NCBI GenBank assembly: GCA_964542035.1
Contig: CAZISZ010000001.1
Coordinates: forward strand, 1-40,102
DNA length: 40,102 nucleotides
From: an uncultured Ruminococcus sp.
GTDB lineage: Bacteria > Bacillota > Clostridia > Oscillospirales > CAG-272
Reading direction: 5' to 3'
Positions 17,258 to 25,342 of the stretch are shown here, piece by piece. The notes beneath the pieces were generated by a model. That model did not search any database, was not told where the DNA came from, and saw only the letters and a program-made list of their open reading frames with translations. Position 1 is the first letter of the stretch; each line of letters begins with the position of its first letter. The translations under genes and the position numbers were made by a program.

Positions 17258-17605
17258 ATGGCAGGATACAGAAGAGATAGAATAAACGAAGAAACGGTAA
17301 GAGTAATGTCCGAGCTTTTGCGGGAGGTCAAGGACCCGCGTGTGCATGATGCGTTTATCAGCATAACAGCGGCGGATGTGACCCCGGATCTTAAATATGC
17401 GAAGATATACTATTCCGTCCTCGGTGCCGAGGGCGATGAGGATAAAAAGAAGCAGATCGCGCGCGGTTTGCGGTCTGCGGCGGGGTATTTGCGCCGCGGT
17501 ATGGCGGAAAAAATGAACATGCGCATTACGCCAGAGCTTAATTTTGTGTATGACGGCAGTGCCGCACACGGCGCACACATTGCCGAGATATTATCAAAAC
17601 TCTGA
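17258..17605 (+). CDS. rbfA: ribosome-binding factor A
   Basis: 115 aa. The sequence R..RINEE..R.MSELLR.VKDPRV....ITAADVTPDLKYAKIYYSV fits RbfA. AAAGGAG RBS is present. Confidence 0.88.
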   Translation: MAGYRRDRINEETVRVMSELLREVKDPRVHDAFISITAADVTPDLKYAKIYYSVLGAEGDEDKKKQIARGLRSAAGYLRRGMAEKMNMRITPELNFVYDGSAAHGAHIAEILSKL

Positions 17606-17610
17606 TCGAA

Positions 17611-17645
17611 AAAGCCCCGCGGAACGCCGCGGGGCTTTGATTTGA
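17611..17645 (+). terminator. rho-independent terminator after rbfA
   Basis: AAAGCCCCGCGG-AACG-CCGCGGGGCTTT followed by GATTTG. Confidence 0.75.
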
Positions 17646-17733
17646 AAGGTCGTGCTGATATCTTGCATTGTGCGAAAATACTCGCTCAACGTATCGGCGC
17701 CGGATGAGTTTATGTGAAAATTTAAAAAAGCGG

Positions 17734-17762
17734 TTGAAAATCTGCGCTAAATGTTGTATAAT
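17734..17762 (+). promoter_or_regulatory. sigma-A promoter (TTGAAA-17 nt-TATAAT) of the DUF1846 gene
   Basis: TTGAAA at 17734-17739 and TATAAT at 17757-17762. Confidence 0.65.
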
Positions 17763-17814
17763 AAATATGATTTTTTTGAACTGCACTGTCTGTGCGGCGG
17801 GGGGAGATGGCACC

Positions 17815-19299
17815 ATGAGCAAAACGGGTTTTGACAACGGGAAATATCTTAAGCTCCAATCGGAGCACATACGCGATAGAATAGCCGAGTTCGGGGGTAA
17901 ACTTTACCTTGAATTCGGCGGAAAACTGTATGACGATAACCATGCCGCGCGTGTGCTTCCGGGTTTTGCGCCGGACAGCAAACTTCGCATGTTGCTTGAA
18001 TTGCGCGAACAAGCCGAAGTAATGATAGTTATCAACGCCGGCGATATTGAAAAAAATAAAAAGCGCGGCGATCTCGGCATTACGTATGATGAAGATGTTT
18101 TGCGGCTTATTGATGTTTTTCGTCATTTCGGTTTGTTTGTTGGCAGCGTGGTGCTTACAAGGTACGAGTCGCAGCCCGCGGCGCGTGCATTTCGTGAAAA
18201 ATTAAAGTCGCTCGGTGTGCCGGTATACCGTCATTACTCTATAGAGGGCTACCCCGGTAATGTTGAAAAGATAATAAGCCCCGAAGGATACGGTAAAAAC
18301 GATTGGATAAAAACAGAACGTCCTCTTGTTATCGTTACCGCCCCGGGCCCCGGCAGCGGAAAAATGGCAGTGTGCCTTTCTCAGATATACAACGACAATA
18401 TGCGCGGCATAAAATCGGGATACGCCAAGTTTGAGACTTTCCCGGTTTGGAATCTGCCCTTACGTCACCCGGTTAATATCGCCTACGAGGCGGCAACCAC
18501 CGATCTTTCGGATATGAACATGATCGACCCGTTCCATTTGGAGGCGTACGGTGAGACGACCGTGAATTACAACCGCGATATCGAGATATTTCCGGTTGTG
18601 CAAGCTACGCTTGAGATGATACTCGGGCGCTGTCCCTACAAATCGCCAACCGATATGGGCGTAAATATGGCGGGATTTTGCATTACCGATGACGAGGCGG
18701 TGCGTGCCGCGGCAAAGCAGGAGATAATTCGCCGTTATTATGCCGCACTTTGCGAGCAAAAACGAGGCAACATAGGCGTGGATATCGTTTACAAGCACGA
18801 GATGCAAATGAAACAGGCGGGATTGACGTCAGAGGACAGACCCGTGATCGCCGCGGCGCTTGCCAAGAGAGACTCAACGGGTGCTCCCGCCGCCGCGATC
18901 GAACTGCCGGACGGCAGTATTATTACGGGGAAAACATCAAATCTTCTCGGCGCAACCTCGGCAATGCTGATGAACGCCCTTAAGGCGCTCGGCGGCATCG
19001 ATGATTCGCTTGATCTTATTGCGCCCGCCATAATCGAACCGATACAGTCGCTCAAGGTCGATTACCTCGGCAACCACAACCCGCGCTTGCATACCGATGA
19101 GATACTTATAGCCCTTTCCGTGTGCGCCGTTACCTCCCCCGCCGCTGCCAGAGCGGTGGAACAGCTTGCCAAGCTGCGCGGGTGCGAGGCGCATTCAACG
19201 GTCATACTCTCTCAGGTGGACGAAAACCTGCTTAAAAAGCTGGGTATAAACCTCACCTACGAGCCGATGTATCAAACAAAAAAACTGCACCATAAATAA
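17815..19299 (+). CDS. DUF1846 / UPF0371 family protein (function unknown)
   Basis: The likely true start is ATG 17815, with a GGGGAG RBS. The N-terminus [47 protein letters not shown] is the family hallmark as I recall it. Confidence 0.75.
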   Translation: MSKTGFDNGKYLKLQSEHIRDRIAEFGGKLYLEFGGKLYDDNHAARVLPGFAPDSKLRMLLELREQAEVMIVINAGDIEKNKKRGDLGITYDEDVLRLIDVFRHFGLFVGSVVLTRYESQPAARAFREKLKSLGVPVYRHYSIEGYPGNVEKIISPEGYGKNDWIKTERPLVIVTAPGPGSGKMAVCLSQIYNDNMRGIKSGYAKFETFPVWNLPLRHPVNIAYEAATTDLSDMNMIDPFHLEAYGETTVNYNRDIEIFPVVQATLEMILGRCPYKSPTDMGVNMAGFCITDDEAVRAAAKQEIIRRYYAALCEQKRGNIGVDIVYKHEMQMKQAGLTSEDRPVIAAALAKRDSTGAPAAAIELPDGSIITGKTSNLLGATSAMLMNALKALGGIDDSLDLIAPAIIEPIQSLKVDYLGNHNPRLHTDEILIALSVCAVTSPAAARAVEQLAKLRGCEAHSTVILSQVDENLLKKLGINLTYEPMYQTKKLHHK

Positions 19300-19303
19300 A
19301 CTC

Positions 19304-19343
19304 AATCGTCCGCATCAAATTATTCGGTGCGGACGATTTTCTT
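19304..19343 (+). terminator. rho-independent terminator after the DUF1846 gene
   Basis: AATCGTCCGCA (19304-19314) pairs with TGCGGACGATT (19328-19338), followed by TTTTCTT. Confidence 0.7.
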
Positions 19344-19372
19344 CGGTGCGATAAGAACAGAATCGTGTATAT

Positions 19373-19417
19373 AAAAGCAGTAGGTTTTCCGCTAATTGCG
19401 GAAAACCTACTGCTTTT
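19373..19417. terminator. bidirectional terminator (16-bp stem flanked by AAAA / TTTT)
   Basis: GCAGTAGGTTTTCCGC-TAATT-GCGGAAAACCTACTGC sits between convergent genes. Confidence 0.8.
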
Positions 19418-19440
19418 AATCTTTATTTGTTTTTATCAAC

Positions 19441-20745
19441 TCAGCTGTCGCGACGTGCGATAAAAGCGAATGCCGCGCCTGCAAGAGACATAACGGCAGC
19501 CAACAGGATGATCACAAGGCTGTGGTCGCCTGTGGAGGGGCTGGCGGGTTCGGTCTCGGGGGCCTTGGTGTCCTCAACGGGTGTGGTGGTTTCGGGCGCG
19601 GTTGTGTCGGGAGTGGTGGGTATTACAACGCCGCTTGAGGTGGTCTTGCTGCCTTCCTCGATAAGCTCGGGGAAGTTGGTCTCCACCACGGCGCCTACAA
19701 TCTCGTTTACGTTTGTGGCATTGCTGTCAAACAAAACGCCGTTGGTGCAATTTTTAACTGTGGTCACGCCTCTTACCACCGCGGCAACGATACCGCCAAC
19801 GTAAGTTTTTTCCTTATCGGTCTCATCGTTGGTGGCATTGTAGTTAAGCGAGCCGTAGTTGGCGCAATCCTCAATCGTGGTGGTGCCGAATACGGGGTTG
19901 TTTACGGAACCGATGAGACCGCCGATATAGCCGGCACCCGCTGAAGTGCCAAGCGTGAGCATACCGTTATTGGTGCAGTTCTTCAAAACGTCGGTGCAAG
20001 CGTCGGTATATGCGATAAAACCGGCAACTCTGCCCTCTTTTGCGTTATTGAGGTGTGTGATGGAAGCGTTATTTTCGCAGTTTTCGAGGGTACCCTCTGC
20101 CCAATCCTGCTTGTGAACGCCTATAAAGCCGGCTACGTTTCTGTAAACGGAGTGCTCGTCGCCGGAGTTGGAAACGGTGATGCTGCCGTTCATGGTGCTG
20201 TTGGAGATCTTGTAGTTTCTGGCAAATCCGATAAAGCCGCCGAAGTTATATTTCAAATCATTTTTTGCGGCTGAAACGATGCTGACTTCGGTATAAATAT
20301 GAACATTGTCGATCTCGGGCGTCTGATCCTGATTCTGCGTACTTGCCGCAAGAACAGCATATGTGCCTTTGGTGGGGTTGTTTACTTTGTAAACGAGGGG
20401 AGAGTTGGCGGTACCTACATTGAGGTTTTTGATGTAGCCGCCGCCGAGCTGCTGGAAGATGGCAAGGTCGTGATCGCAATCGGTTACTTCAAAGCTGAAG
20501 TTTTTGATGGCGTGACCGTCGCCGTCAAGACCTGCAATGAACTTAGCGCCGGGGATAACGTAAGATTCAAATACCTTGCCGCCGAAGTCGATATCGTTGG
20601 CGAGAATGTAGGTCTTGCCCGATTCCATTGCCAAAAACTCATCGGCATTGGTAATGGTGGTGGGAGCCGTATCGGTTGCAAACGCGGGTACGGCCAAAAC
20701 AAACAGCATAATAGCTGCAATCGTTACGGAAATGATTCTTTTCAT
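19441..20745 (-). CDS. secreted cell-wall-anchored surface protein with GLUG-like repeats and SPSTG sortase signal
   Basis: ATG 20745 has an AAGGAGA RBS. The signal peptide is MKRIISVTIAAIMLFVLAVPAFA. Repeated (G/A)G(F/L)IG..NC.N.G modules follow. The C-terminus is SPSTGD, a hydrophobic helix, then RRDS. Confidence 0.8.
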   Translation of the reverse strand: MKRIISVTIAAIMLFVLAVPAFATDTAPTTITNADEFLAMESGKTYILANDIDFGGKVFESYVIPGAKFIAGLDGDGHAIKNFSFEVTDCDHDLAIFQQLGGGYIKNLNVGTANSPLVYKVNNPTKGTYAVLAASTQNQDQTPEIDNVHIYTEVSIVSAAKNDLKYNFGGFIGFARNYKISNSTMNGSITVSNSGDEHSVYRNVAGFIGVHKQDWAEGTLENCENNASITHLNNAKEGRVAGFIAYTDACTDVLKNCTNNGMLTLGTSAGAGYIGGLIGSVNNPVFGTTTIEDCANYGSLNYNATNDETDKEKTYVGGIVAAVVRGVTTVKNCTNGVLFDSNATNVNEIVGAVVETNFPELIEEGSKTTSSGVVIPTTPDTTAPETTTPVEDTKAPETEPASPSTGDHSLVIILLAAVMSLAGAAFAFIARRDS

Positions 20746-20799
20746 AATGTTTCTCCTTAATTTAATTGCGATCGTGGATTGTCGCATATTGCTGATTTA

Positions 20800-20828
20800 A
20801 TTTTATCATATAAAAAACCGCATGTCAA
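20800..20828 (-). promoter_or_regulatory. sigma-A promoter of the surface protein gene (TTGACA-17 nt-TAAAAT, TGa extended -10)
   Basis: The minus strand reads TTGACA (20828-20823), a 17-nt spacer ending in TGA, then TAAAAT (20805-20800). Confidence 0.65.
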
Positions 20829-20964
20829 GAGTTTTTTAAAAAATATTCGCTTGTTTTAATTTAAAACGTAAACAAAATATAAACTCCGGCGCGGCGGTGC
20901 CGATATGTGCGCGAGCAAGCGGAAAATCTTCATATAAATATAATAAAAATATTCCTTTTTGGTC

Positions 20965-20993
20965 TTTACAAATTCCATGCCGTGTGATATAAT
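20965..20993 (+). promoter_or_regulatory. sigma-A promoter of rpsO (TTTACA-17 nt-TATAAT, TGa extended -10)
   Basis: TTTACA at 20965-20970, TG at 20985-20986, TATAAT at 20988-20993. Confidence 0.7.
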
Positions 20994-21109
20994 AACATTG
21001 TATCGGTATTTCCGATACATGACGCAAACTCGGTCTCCGGGTCAAGGCATGTTTGCCATTCACCTGCCGGTTGCTGAGTCAGCGCATATATTTAATGAGG
21101 TGAAAAATC

Positions 21110-21373
21110 ATGACAAAAGAAGAAAAGCTCTCAATTATCGAAGAGTACGCGACCCACGAGGGTGACACAGGTTCTCCCGAGGTCCAGATCGCTCTGCTTA
21201 CCAGCAGGATCAACACTCTCACCGAGCACCTTAAGAAGAACAACAACGACCATCACAGCCGCCGCGGTCTTCTTAAAATGGTCGGTCACAGAAGAAACCT
21301 GCTCAACTATCTGATGAAGGTCGATATCGAAAGATACCGTTCCATTATCGCAAGACTTAACATCAGAAAGTAA
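21110..21373 (+). CDS. rpsO: 30S ribosomal protein S15
   Basis: 87 aa. The sequence ..[23 protein letters not shown]....[19 protein letters not shown] is unmistakably S15. Confidence 0.97.
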   Translation: MTKEEKLSIIEEYATHEGDTGSPEVQIALLTSRINTLTEHLKKNNNDHHSRRGLLKMVGHRRNLLNYLMKVDIERYRSIIARLNIRK

Positions 21374-21383
21374 GCGGGCAGTT

Positions 21384-21417
21384 AAACGGATGCCGCGTAC
21401 AGGCATCCGTTTTTTTG
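21384..21417 (+). terminator. rho-independent terminator after rpsO
   Basis: AAACGGATGCC-loop-GGCATCCGTTT followed by TTTTTGT. Confidence 0.85.
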
Positions 21418-21480
21418 TAAAAAACTCGGTTGACAGCGGTCGGCGGCGATTCGAAGGTCGTACGATAATGTTTAGTACCC

Positions 21481-21573
21481 AACCGAATCGGCACGGAGAG
21501 ATAGAAATCCGCACTTCTCCACCATCGCGGTACGCGGTTCGGGTTCGCTGTCGCTTACCGAGGGTCAAAAAAC
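21481..21573. repeat. pnp-flanking element, copy A (tandem pair, period 109 nt)
   Basis: AACCGAATCGGCACGGAGAGATAGAAATCCGCACTTCTCCACCATCGCGGTACGCGGTTCGGGTTCGCTGTCGCTTACCGAGGGTCAAAAAACC. Confidence 0.9.
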
Positions 21574-21589
21574 CAAATGTTCCGATGTT

Positions 21590-21685
21590 AACCTAATCGG
21601 CACGGAGAGATAGAAATCCGTACTTCTCTACCATCGCGGTACGCAGTTTGGGTTCGCTGTCGCTTACCCGAGATTTTAAAAAAAC
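21590..21685. repeat. pnp-flanking element, copy B
   Basis: Near-identical to copy A, with about 5 substitutions and 1 indel. AATCGG occurs at 21486 and at 21595. Confidence 0.9.
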
Positions 21686-21701
21686 CGCATGTGGGCAGCA
21701 T

Positions 21702-21741
21702 TTAACCATGCGCCTCGCCAAAGCGAGGGGCGCGCGGTTAA
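21702..21741 (+). promoter_or_regulatory. long imperfect hairpin in the pnp leader
   Basis: TTAACC..GCG..CCTCGC-CAAA-GCGAGG..CGC..GGTTAA. The outer arm TAACCATG is repeated at 21745-21752, which allows an alternative pairing. Confidence 0.5.
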
Positions 21742-21828
21742 GTGCTAACCATGTCGGGAATTTTTAAATATATATTATATATTCATTTTAAGTAAGCTTT
21801 CCGCACGGAAAGCAAAGGAGAAACAACA

Positions 21829-23937
21829 ATGTACGAAATCAAAAGCACACAAATGGAGTTCCCGAAGCACAAGATCTTCCGTTATACGTTGGCGGGACGC
21901 GAGCTGTCGGTAGAGGTAGGCAAGATGGCGGGACTCGCCAACGGTTCCTGCCTTGTAAGATACGGCGATACCGCCGTACTTTGCTGCGCGACCGCTTCCG
22001 CAAAGCCGCGCGACGGAATAGATTTTCTTCCCCTTTCGGTGGATTACGAGGAGAGAATGTATGCCGCGGGTAAGATTCCCGGCGGTTACCTCAAGCGCGA
22101 GGGCAAACCCAGTGAAAAGGCGGTGCTTACATCCCGCGTTATCGACCGCCCCATTCGTCCTCTTTTCCCCAAGGATCTGAGAAACGATGTAGCGCTCACG
22201 CTCACCGTTATGTCCGTAGATCAGGATTGCTCTCCCGAGATCACCGCAATGATCGGCGCGTCCATTGCTTTGTCCATTTCGGATATTCCGTGGAACGGTC
22301 CTATCGGCGGCGTATTTATGGGACTTGTTGACGGCAAGCTTGTAGTTAACCCCACAGAGGCTGAGAGAGCCGCAAGCGACCTTGAACTTACCGTTGCCGC
22401 TTCCATGAACAAGGTGGTAATGATAGAGGCGGGCGCAAAGGAAGTTGCCGACGACGTTATGTTTGACGCCATTATGACCGCACATGCCGAGATCAAGGCT
22501 CTGCTTGAGTTTGTTAACGCCATTGTCGACGAGGTAGGCAAGCCCAAGTTCGCTTATCCCTCCTGCGAACTCGATCATGATATGTTTGATAAGATCTTCG
22601 CATTCTGCGAGGCGGATCTTATGAACGCGCTCGATACCGACGATAAGAACGTGCGCGACGAGCGTATGCTCCCCATCGAAGACGCAATTCTCGCAAAGTT
22701 CGGCGAGGAATATCCCGATCTGCCCACACAGATGCCCGAACTTGTTTACAAAATGCAAAAGAAGGTCGTTCGCCGTTGGCTGCTTGAAGGCAAGCGCGTT
22801 GACGGACGTGCCCTTAACCAAATTCGTCCTCTCGGAGCCGAGGTCGGACTCTTTAAAAAGGTACACGGTTCCGGCATGTTTACCCGCGGTCAGACTCAGG
22901 TCGTAACGCTGGCAACTCTCGGTACGCTTGCCGAGGCGCAGATGCTTGACGGTATCGATAACGAAGAATCCAAGAGATACATGCATCACTACAACATGCC
23001 CGGCTTCTCCACCGGCGAGGCTAAATCCACACGCAGCCCCGGCAGACGTGAAATAGGTCACGGCGCACTTGCCGAGCGTTCGCTTGTTCCCGTACTTCCC
23101 TCTCCCGAGGAGTTCCCCTATGCCATACGCCTCGTTTCCGAGGTTGTCTCCTCCAACGGGTCCACCTCTCAGGCGTCCGTTTGCGGCTCTACCCTTGCGC
23201 TTATGGACGCGGGCGTGCCGATTAAGGCTCCCGTTGCCGGTATCTCCTGCGGACTTATCACCGAGGGCGATGATTGGATGACCATGATCGATATTCAGGG
23301 CGTTGAGGACTTCTACGGAGATATGGACTTTAAGGTTGCCGGTACGCACAAGGGCATTACATCTATCCAGATGGATCTTAAGATCGACGGTCTTACCCCA
23401 GAGATCATCAAATCCGCGCTTGAGATGACTCACGCGGGTCGCGATTACATCATCGACGAGGTCATACTCAAGGCGATAGCCGAGCCTCGCACCGAGGTGA
23501 ACGAGTACGCTCCCAAGATGATGACGATCAAGATCGATCCCGACAAGATCCGCGAGGTTATCGGTAAGGGCGGTTCGGTAATCCAAAAGATAGTTGCCGA
23601 CACCGGCGCCAAGATCGATATCGAGGATGACGGCACCGTATACATCGCCGCCGTTAATCGCGCCGCCGCGGATGCCGCAAAGGCGACGATCGACGCTATT
23701 TGCTTTGAACCCGTGGTTGGCACTGTCTATACCGGTAAGGTTACAGGCATTAAGGAGTTCGGTTGCTTTGTTGAGTACGCTCCCGGCAAAGAGGGCATGG
23801 TGCATATCTCCCGCATCGCCGACCATCGTATCGATAAGGTTGAGGATGTTTTGCACCTCGGCGACACCGTTAAGGTAAAGTATATAGGCCTTGACAAAAA
23901 GGGCAGAATGGATTTCTCTATCAGAGACGCTCAATAA
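21829..23937 (+). CDS. pnp: polyribonucleotide nucleotidyltransferase (PNPase)
   Basis: 702 aa with two RNase PH-like domains, a KH domain and a C-terminal S1 domain (GKVTGIKEFGCFVEY..GMVHIS). AAAGGAG RBS is present. Confidence 0.97.
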   Translation: MYEIKSTQMEFPKHKIFRYTLAGRELSVEVGKMAGLANGSCLVRYGDTAVLCCATASAKPRDGIDFLPLSVDYEERMYAAGKIPGGYLKREGKPSEKAVLTSRVIDRPIRPLFPKDLRNDVALTLTVMSVDQDCSPEITAMIGASIALSISDIPWNGPIGGVFMGLVDGKLVVNPTEAERAASDLELTVAASMNKVVMIEAGAKEVADDVMFDAIMTAHAEIKALLEFVNAIVDEVGKPKFAYPSCELDHDMFDKIFAFCEADLMNALDTDDKNVRDERMLPIEDAILAKFGEEYPDLPTQMPELVYKMQKKVVRRWLLEGKRVDGRALNQIRPLGAEVGLFKKVHGSGMFTRGQTQVVTLATLGTLAEAQMLDGIDNEESKRYMHHYNMPGFSTGEAKSTRSPGRREIGHGALAERSLVPVLPSPEEFPYAIRLVSEVVSSNGSTSQASVCGSTLALMDAGVPIKAPVAGISCGLITEGDDWMTMIDIQGVEDFYGDMDFKVAGTHKGITSIQMDLKIDGLTPEIIKSALEMTHAGRDYIIDEVILKAIAEPRTEVNEYAPKMMTIKIDPDKIREVIGKGGSVIQKIVADTGAKIDIEDDGTVYIAAVNRAAADAAKATIDAICFEPVVGTVYTGKVTGIKEFGCFVEYAPGKEGMVHISRIADHRIDKVEDVLHLGDTVKVKYIGLDKKGRMDFSIRDAQ

Positions 23938-23961
23938 TCAATAAAATCAATCGAAATGCTT

Positions 23962-23995
23962 CGCCGGGTCAGGACAAATATATCTTGGCTCGGCG
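23962..23995 (+). terminator. 12-bp stem-loop downstream of pnp (3 G-U pairs, forms only in the plus-strand RNA; weak U-tract)
   Basis: CGCCGGGUCAGG pairs with CUUGGCUCGGCG around a 10-nt loop. Confidence 0.4.
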
Positions 23996-24056
23996 CTGCT
24001 GTATGGTCGGCACGCTCGGAGGCAACAGCCTACCCGGTAGGCTTGATAATGTTCCG

Positions 24057-24155
24057 CACCCAATCGAATTGACGCGGAAATATGCGAATCCGAAATTCTT
24101 CACCATTGGAGTATAAAGTTATGATAACGCAAAATCGTCACCCGAGACTTAAAAG
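24057..24155. repeat. pnp-flanking element, diverged copy C (immediately upstream of the VanY-like gene)
   Basis: Aligns by eye over its full length to copies A and B at roughly 60-65% identity. Shared blocks are CCCAA.CGAAT, GAATCCG, TTCT.CACCAT and TCG..ACCCGAGA.TT.AAAA. Confidence 0.6.
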
Positions 24156-24167
24156 AGAGGTAAAAAG

Positions 24168-25316
24168 ATGAATGATCGCGACTCGAATACACGGGCATTT
24201 AAACTTGATAAACACTTGAGTCAACGCGCGGCGAGAGAAAGGCGGCGCAAAACGCAAAGGATCATACTGATCGTTCTTATGTCGCTTTTGGCGGTGTCGC
24301 TTATCGTGACGACCGTTGTTATATGCAGCGAACTTGCAGGCGGCGGAGAGGATACCCTCCCCTATGTTGATCAAACAACATCCGCGCCAGGTCCCGATGG
24401 AGATACGAACGTCGTGCCCGCCGAGTCAACGTCGCCCGACGAAACTTCGACTCCCGAAACCACCGCCGGTACTTCCGAGGGATATACCGTAAAACTTATG
24501 ACGGAGGAGGATATTCACCGCGGCGAGTTGATACTTGTAAACGATAATTATAAATATCAGCCCCCCGCAACCACCTCCGATCTTTGCGACGTAAGAAGTT
24601 CCCGCAGTGAAAAATGGGGGATTTCCGCTACGGGCAAAACGATCCATTCATATTCCTGCGCGTATGATCTGAAGCTTTCGGCGAAAGCGCTTACGGCGCT
24701 TAATGATATGATAGACGATTTTTATGACGCCACCGGCAACCAGGATGTTTACTTTCCGCAGTTAAGCTGTTACCGCTCAAGTACCGAGCAGGCGGAGCTT
24801 TACGATCTCAAACCATCGCGCGAAGATCCCGACGGTTGCAGCGAGCATAATACCGGACTTGCCGTGGATGTACGCGCATGGCTGACGCTTGAAAGCGGAG
24901 ATATCTATCCTTATATTTCCGAAGATTATTCCTCCTGTGTGCAAATATATAACTGGCTAAACAGTAATTGCTATAAATACGGTTTTGTGCAGAGATACAC
25001 GGATGGCAAAGCGTCCGTTACGCACTCGGCGCACTATTCGGAACACTACAGATACGTGGGATACCCCCATGCGCTTGCAATGATGCGCAACGATCTTTGC
25101 CTTGAGGAATATCTTGCCGTGCTTGCCGCCCGTCACAGCTACGACGGCACTCACTATATAATCAACGGCGACGACGGCGTGACATACGAGATATACTACG
25201 TTCCCGCCGCCACCGGCGAGGGGGCTACCACATCGGTGCCCGTGCCGATCAACCTGCCGTATACGATCTCGGGAAATAATTATGACGGATTTATCGTTAC
25301 CGTTACCAGAGCCTGA
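24168..25316 (+). CDS. VanY-like D-alanyl-D-alanine carboxypeptidase (M15B family), membrane-anchored
   Basis: N-terminal TM segment, a T/S/P/E-rich linker, then SEHNTGLAVD (SxHxxGxAxD) and SEHYRYVGYPHA (the ExxH..RYVG motif). Confidence 0.8.
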   Translation: MNDRDSNTRAFKLDKHLSQRAARERRRKTQRIILIVLMSLLAVSLIVTTVVICSELAGGGEDTLPYVDQTTSAPGPDGDTNVVPAESTSPDETSTPETTAGTSEGYTVKLMTEEDIHRGELILVNDNYKYQPPATTSDLCDVRSSRSEKWGISATGKTIHSYSCAYDLKLSAKALTALNDMIDDFYDATGNQDVYFPQLSCYRSSTEQAELYDLKPSREDPDGCSEHNTGLAVDVRAWLTLESGDIYPYISEDYSSCVQIYNWLNSNCYKYGFVQRYTDGKASVTHSAHYSEHYRYVGYPHALAMMRNDLCLEEYLAVLAARHSYDGTHYIINGDDGVTYEIYYVPAATGEGATTSVPVPINLPYTISGNNYDGFIVTVTRA

Positions 25317-25342
25317 GCGATAACGGAGCGTATATTTAAATA

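Noticed and set aside
20813-20826. 14-nt AAAAAACCGCATGT shared with 21679-21692 (just after repeat copy B)
   Set aside because: At 20813-20826 it is simply the reverse complement of the spacer and part of the -35 of the surface-protein promoter (TTGACATGCGGTTTTTT). The second site lacks the TTGACA. It is too short to distinguish from chance.
21390-21596. 68-aa plus-strand ORF covering repeat copy A
   Set aside because: It starts inside the rpsO terminator stem, has no RBS, is Arg-rich, and its reading frame is not preserved in copy B. I treat it as non-coding.
21481-21685. Possible CRISPR array or minisatellite
   Set aside because: There are only two long (~95 nt) copies at a 109-nt period. 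There are no unique spacers of CRISPR size, no short palindromic repeat, and no cas genes in the window.
21775-23934. 719-aa ORF antisense to pnp. The same issue applies to 9280-10839 (519 aa), 3278-4702 (474 aa), 38254-39192 (312 aa), 27122-28045 (307 aa), 5791-6705 (304 aa), 32714-33601 (295 aa), 25937-26812 (291 aa), 90-851 (253 aa), 16832-17578 and 11789-12529.
   Set aside because: All are in exact codon-complement phase with a well-supported gene on the other strand. Their sequences are low-complexity (R/G/A/H-rich) and they have no RBS. They stay open simply because the sense genes avoid TTA, CTA and TCA codons.
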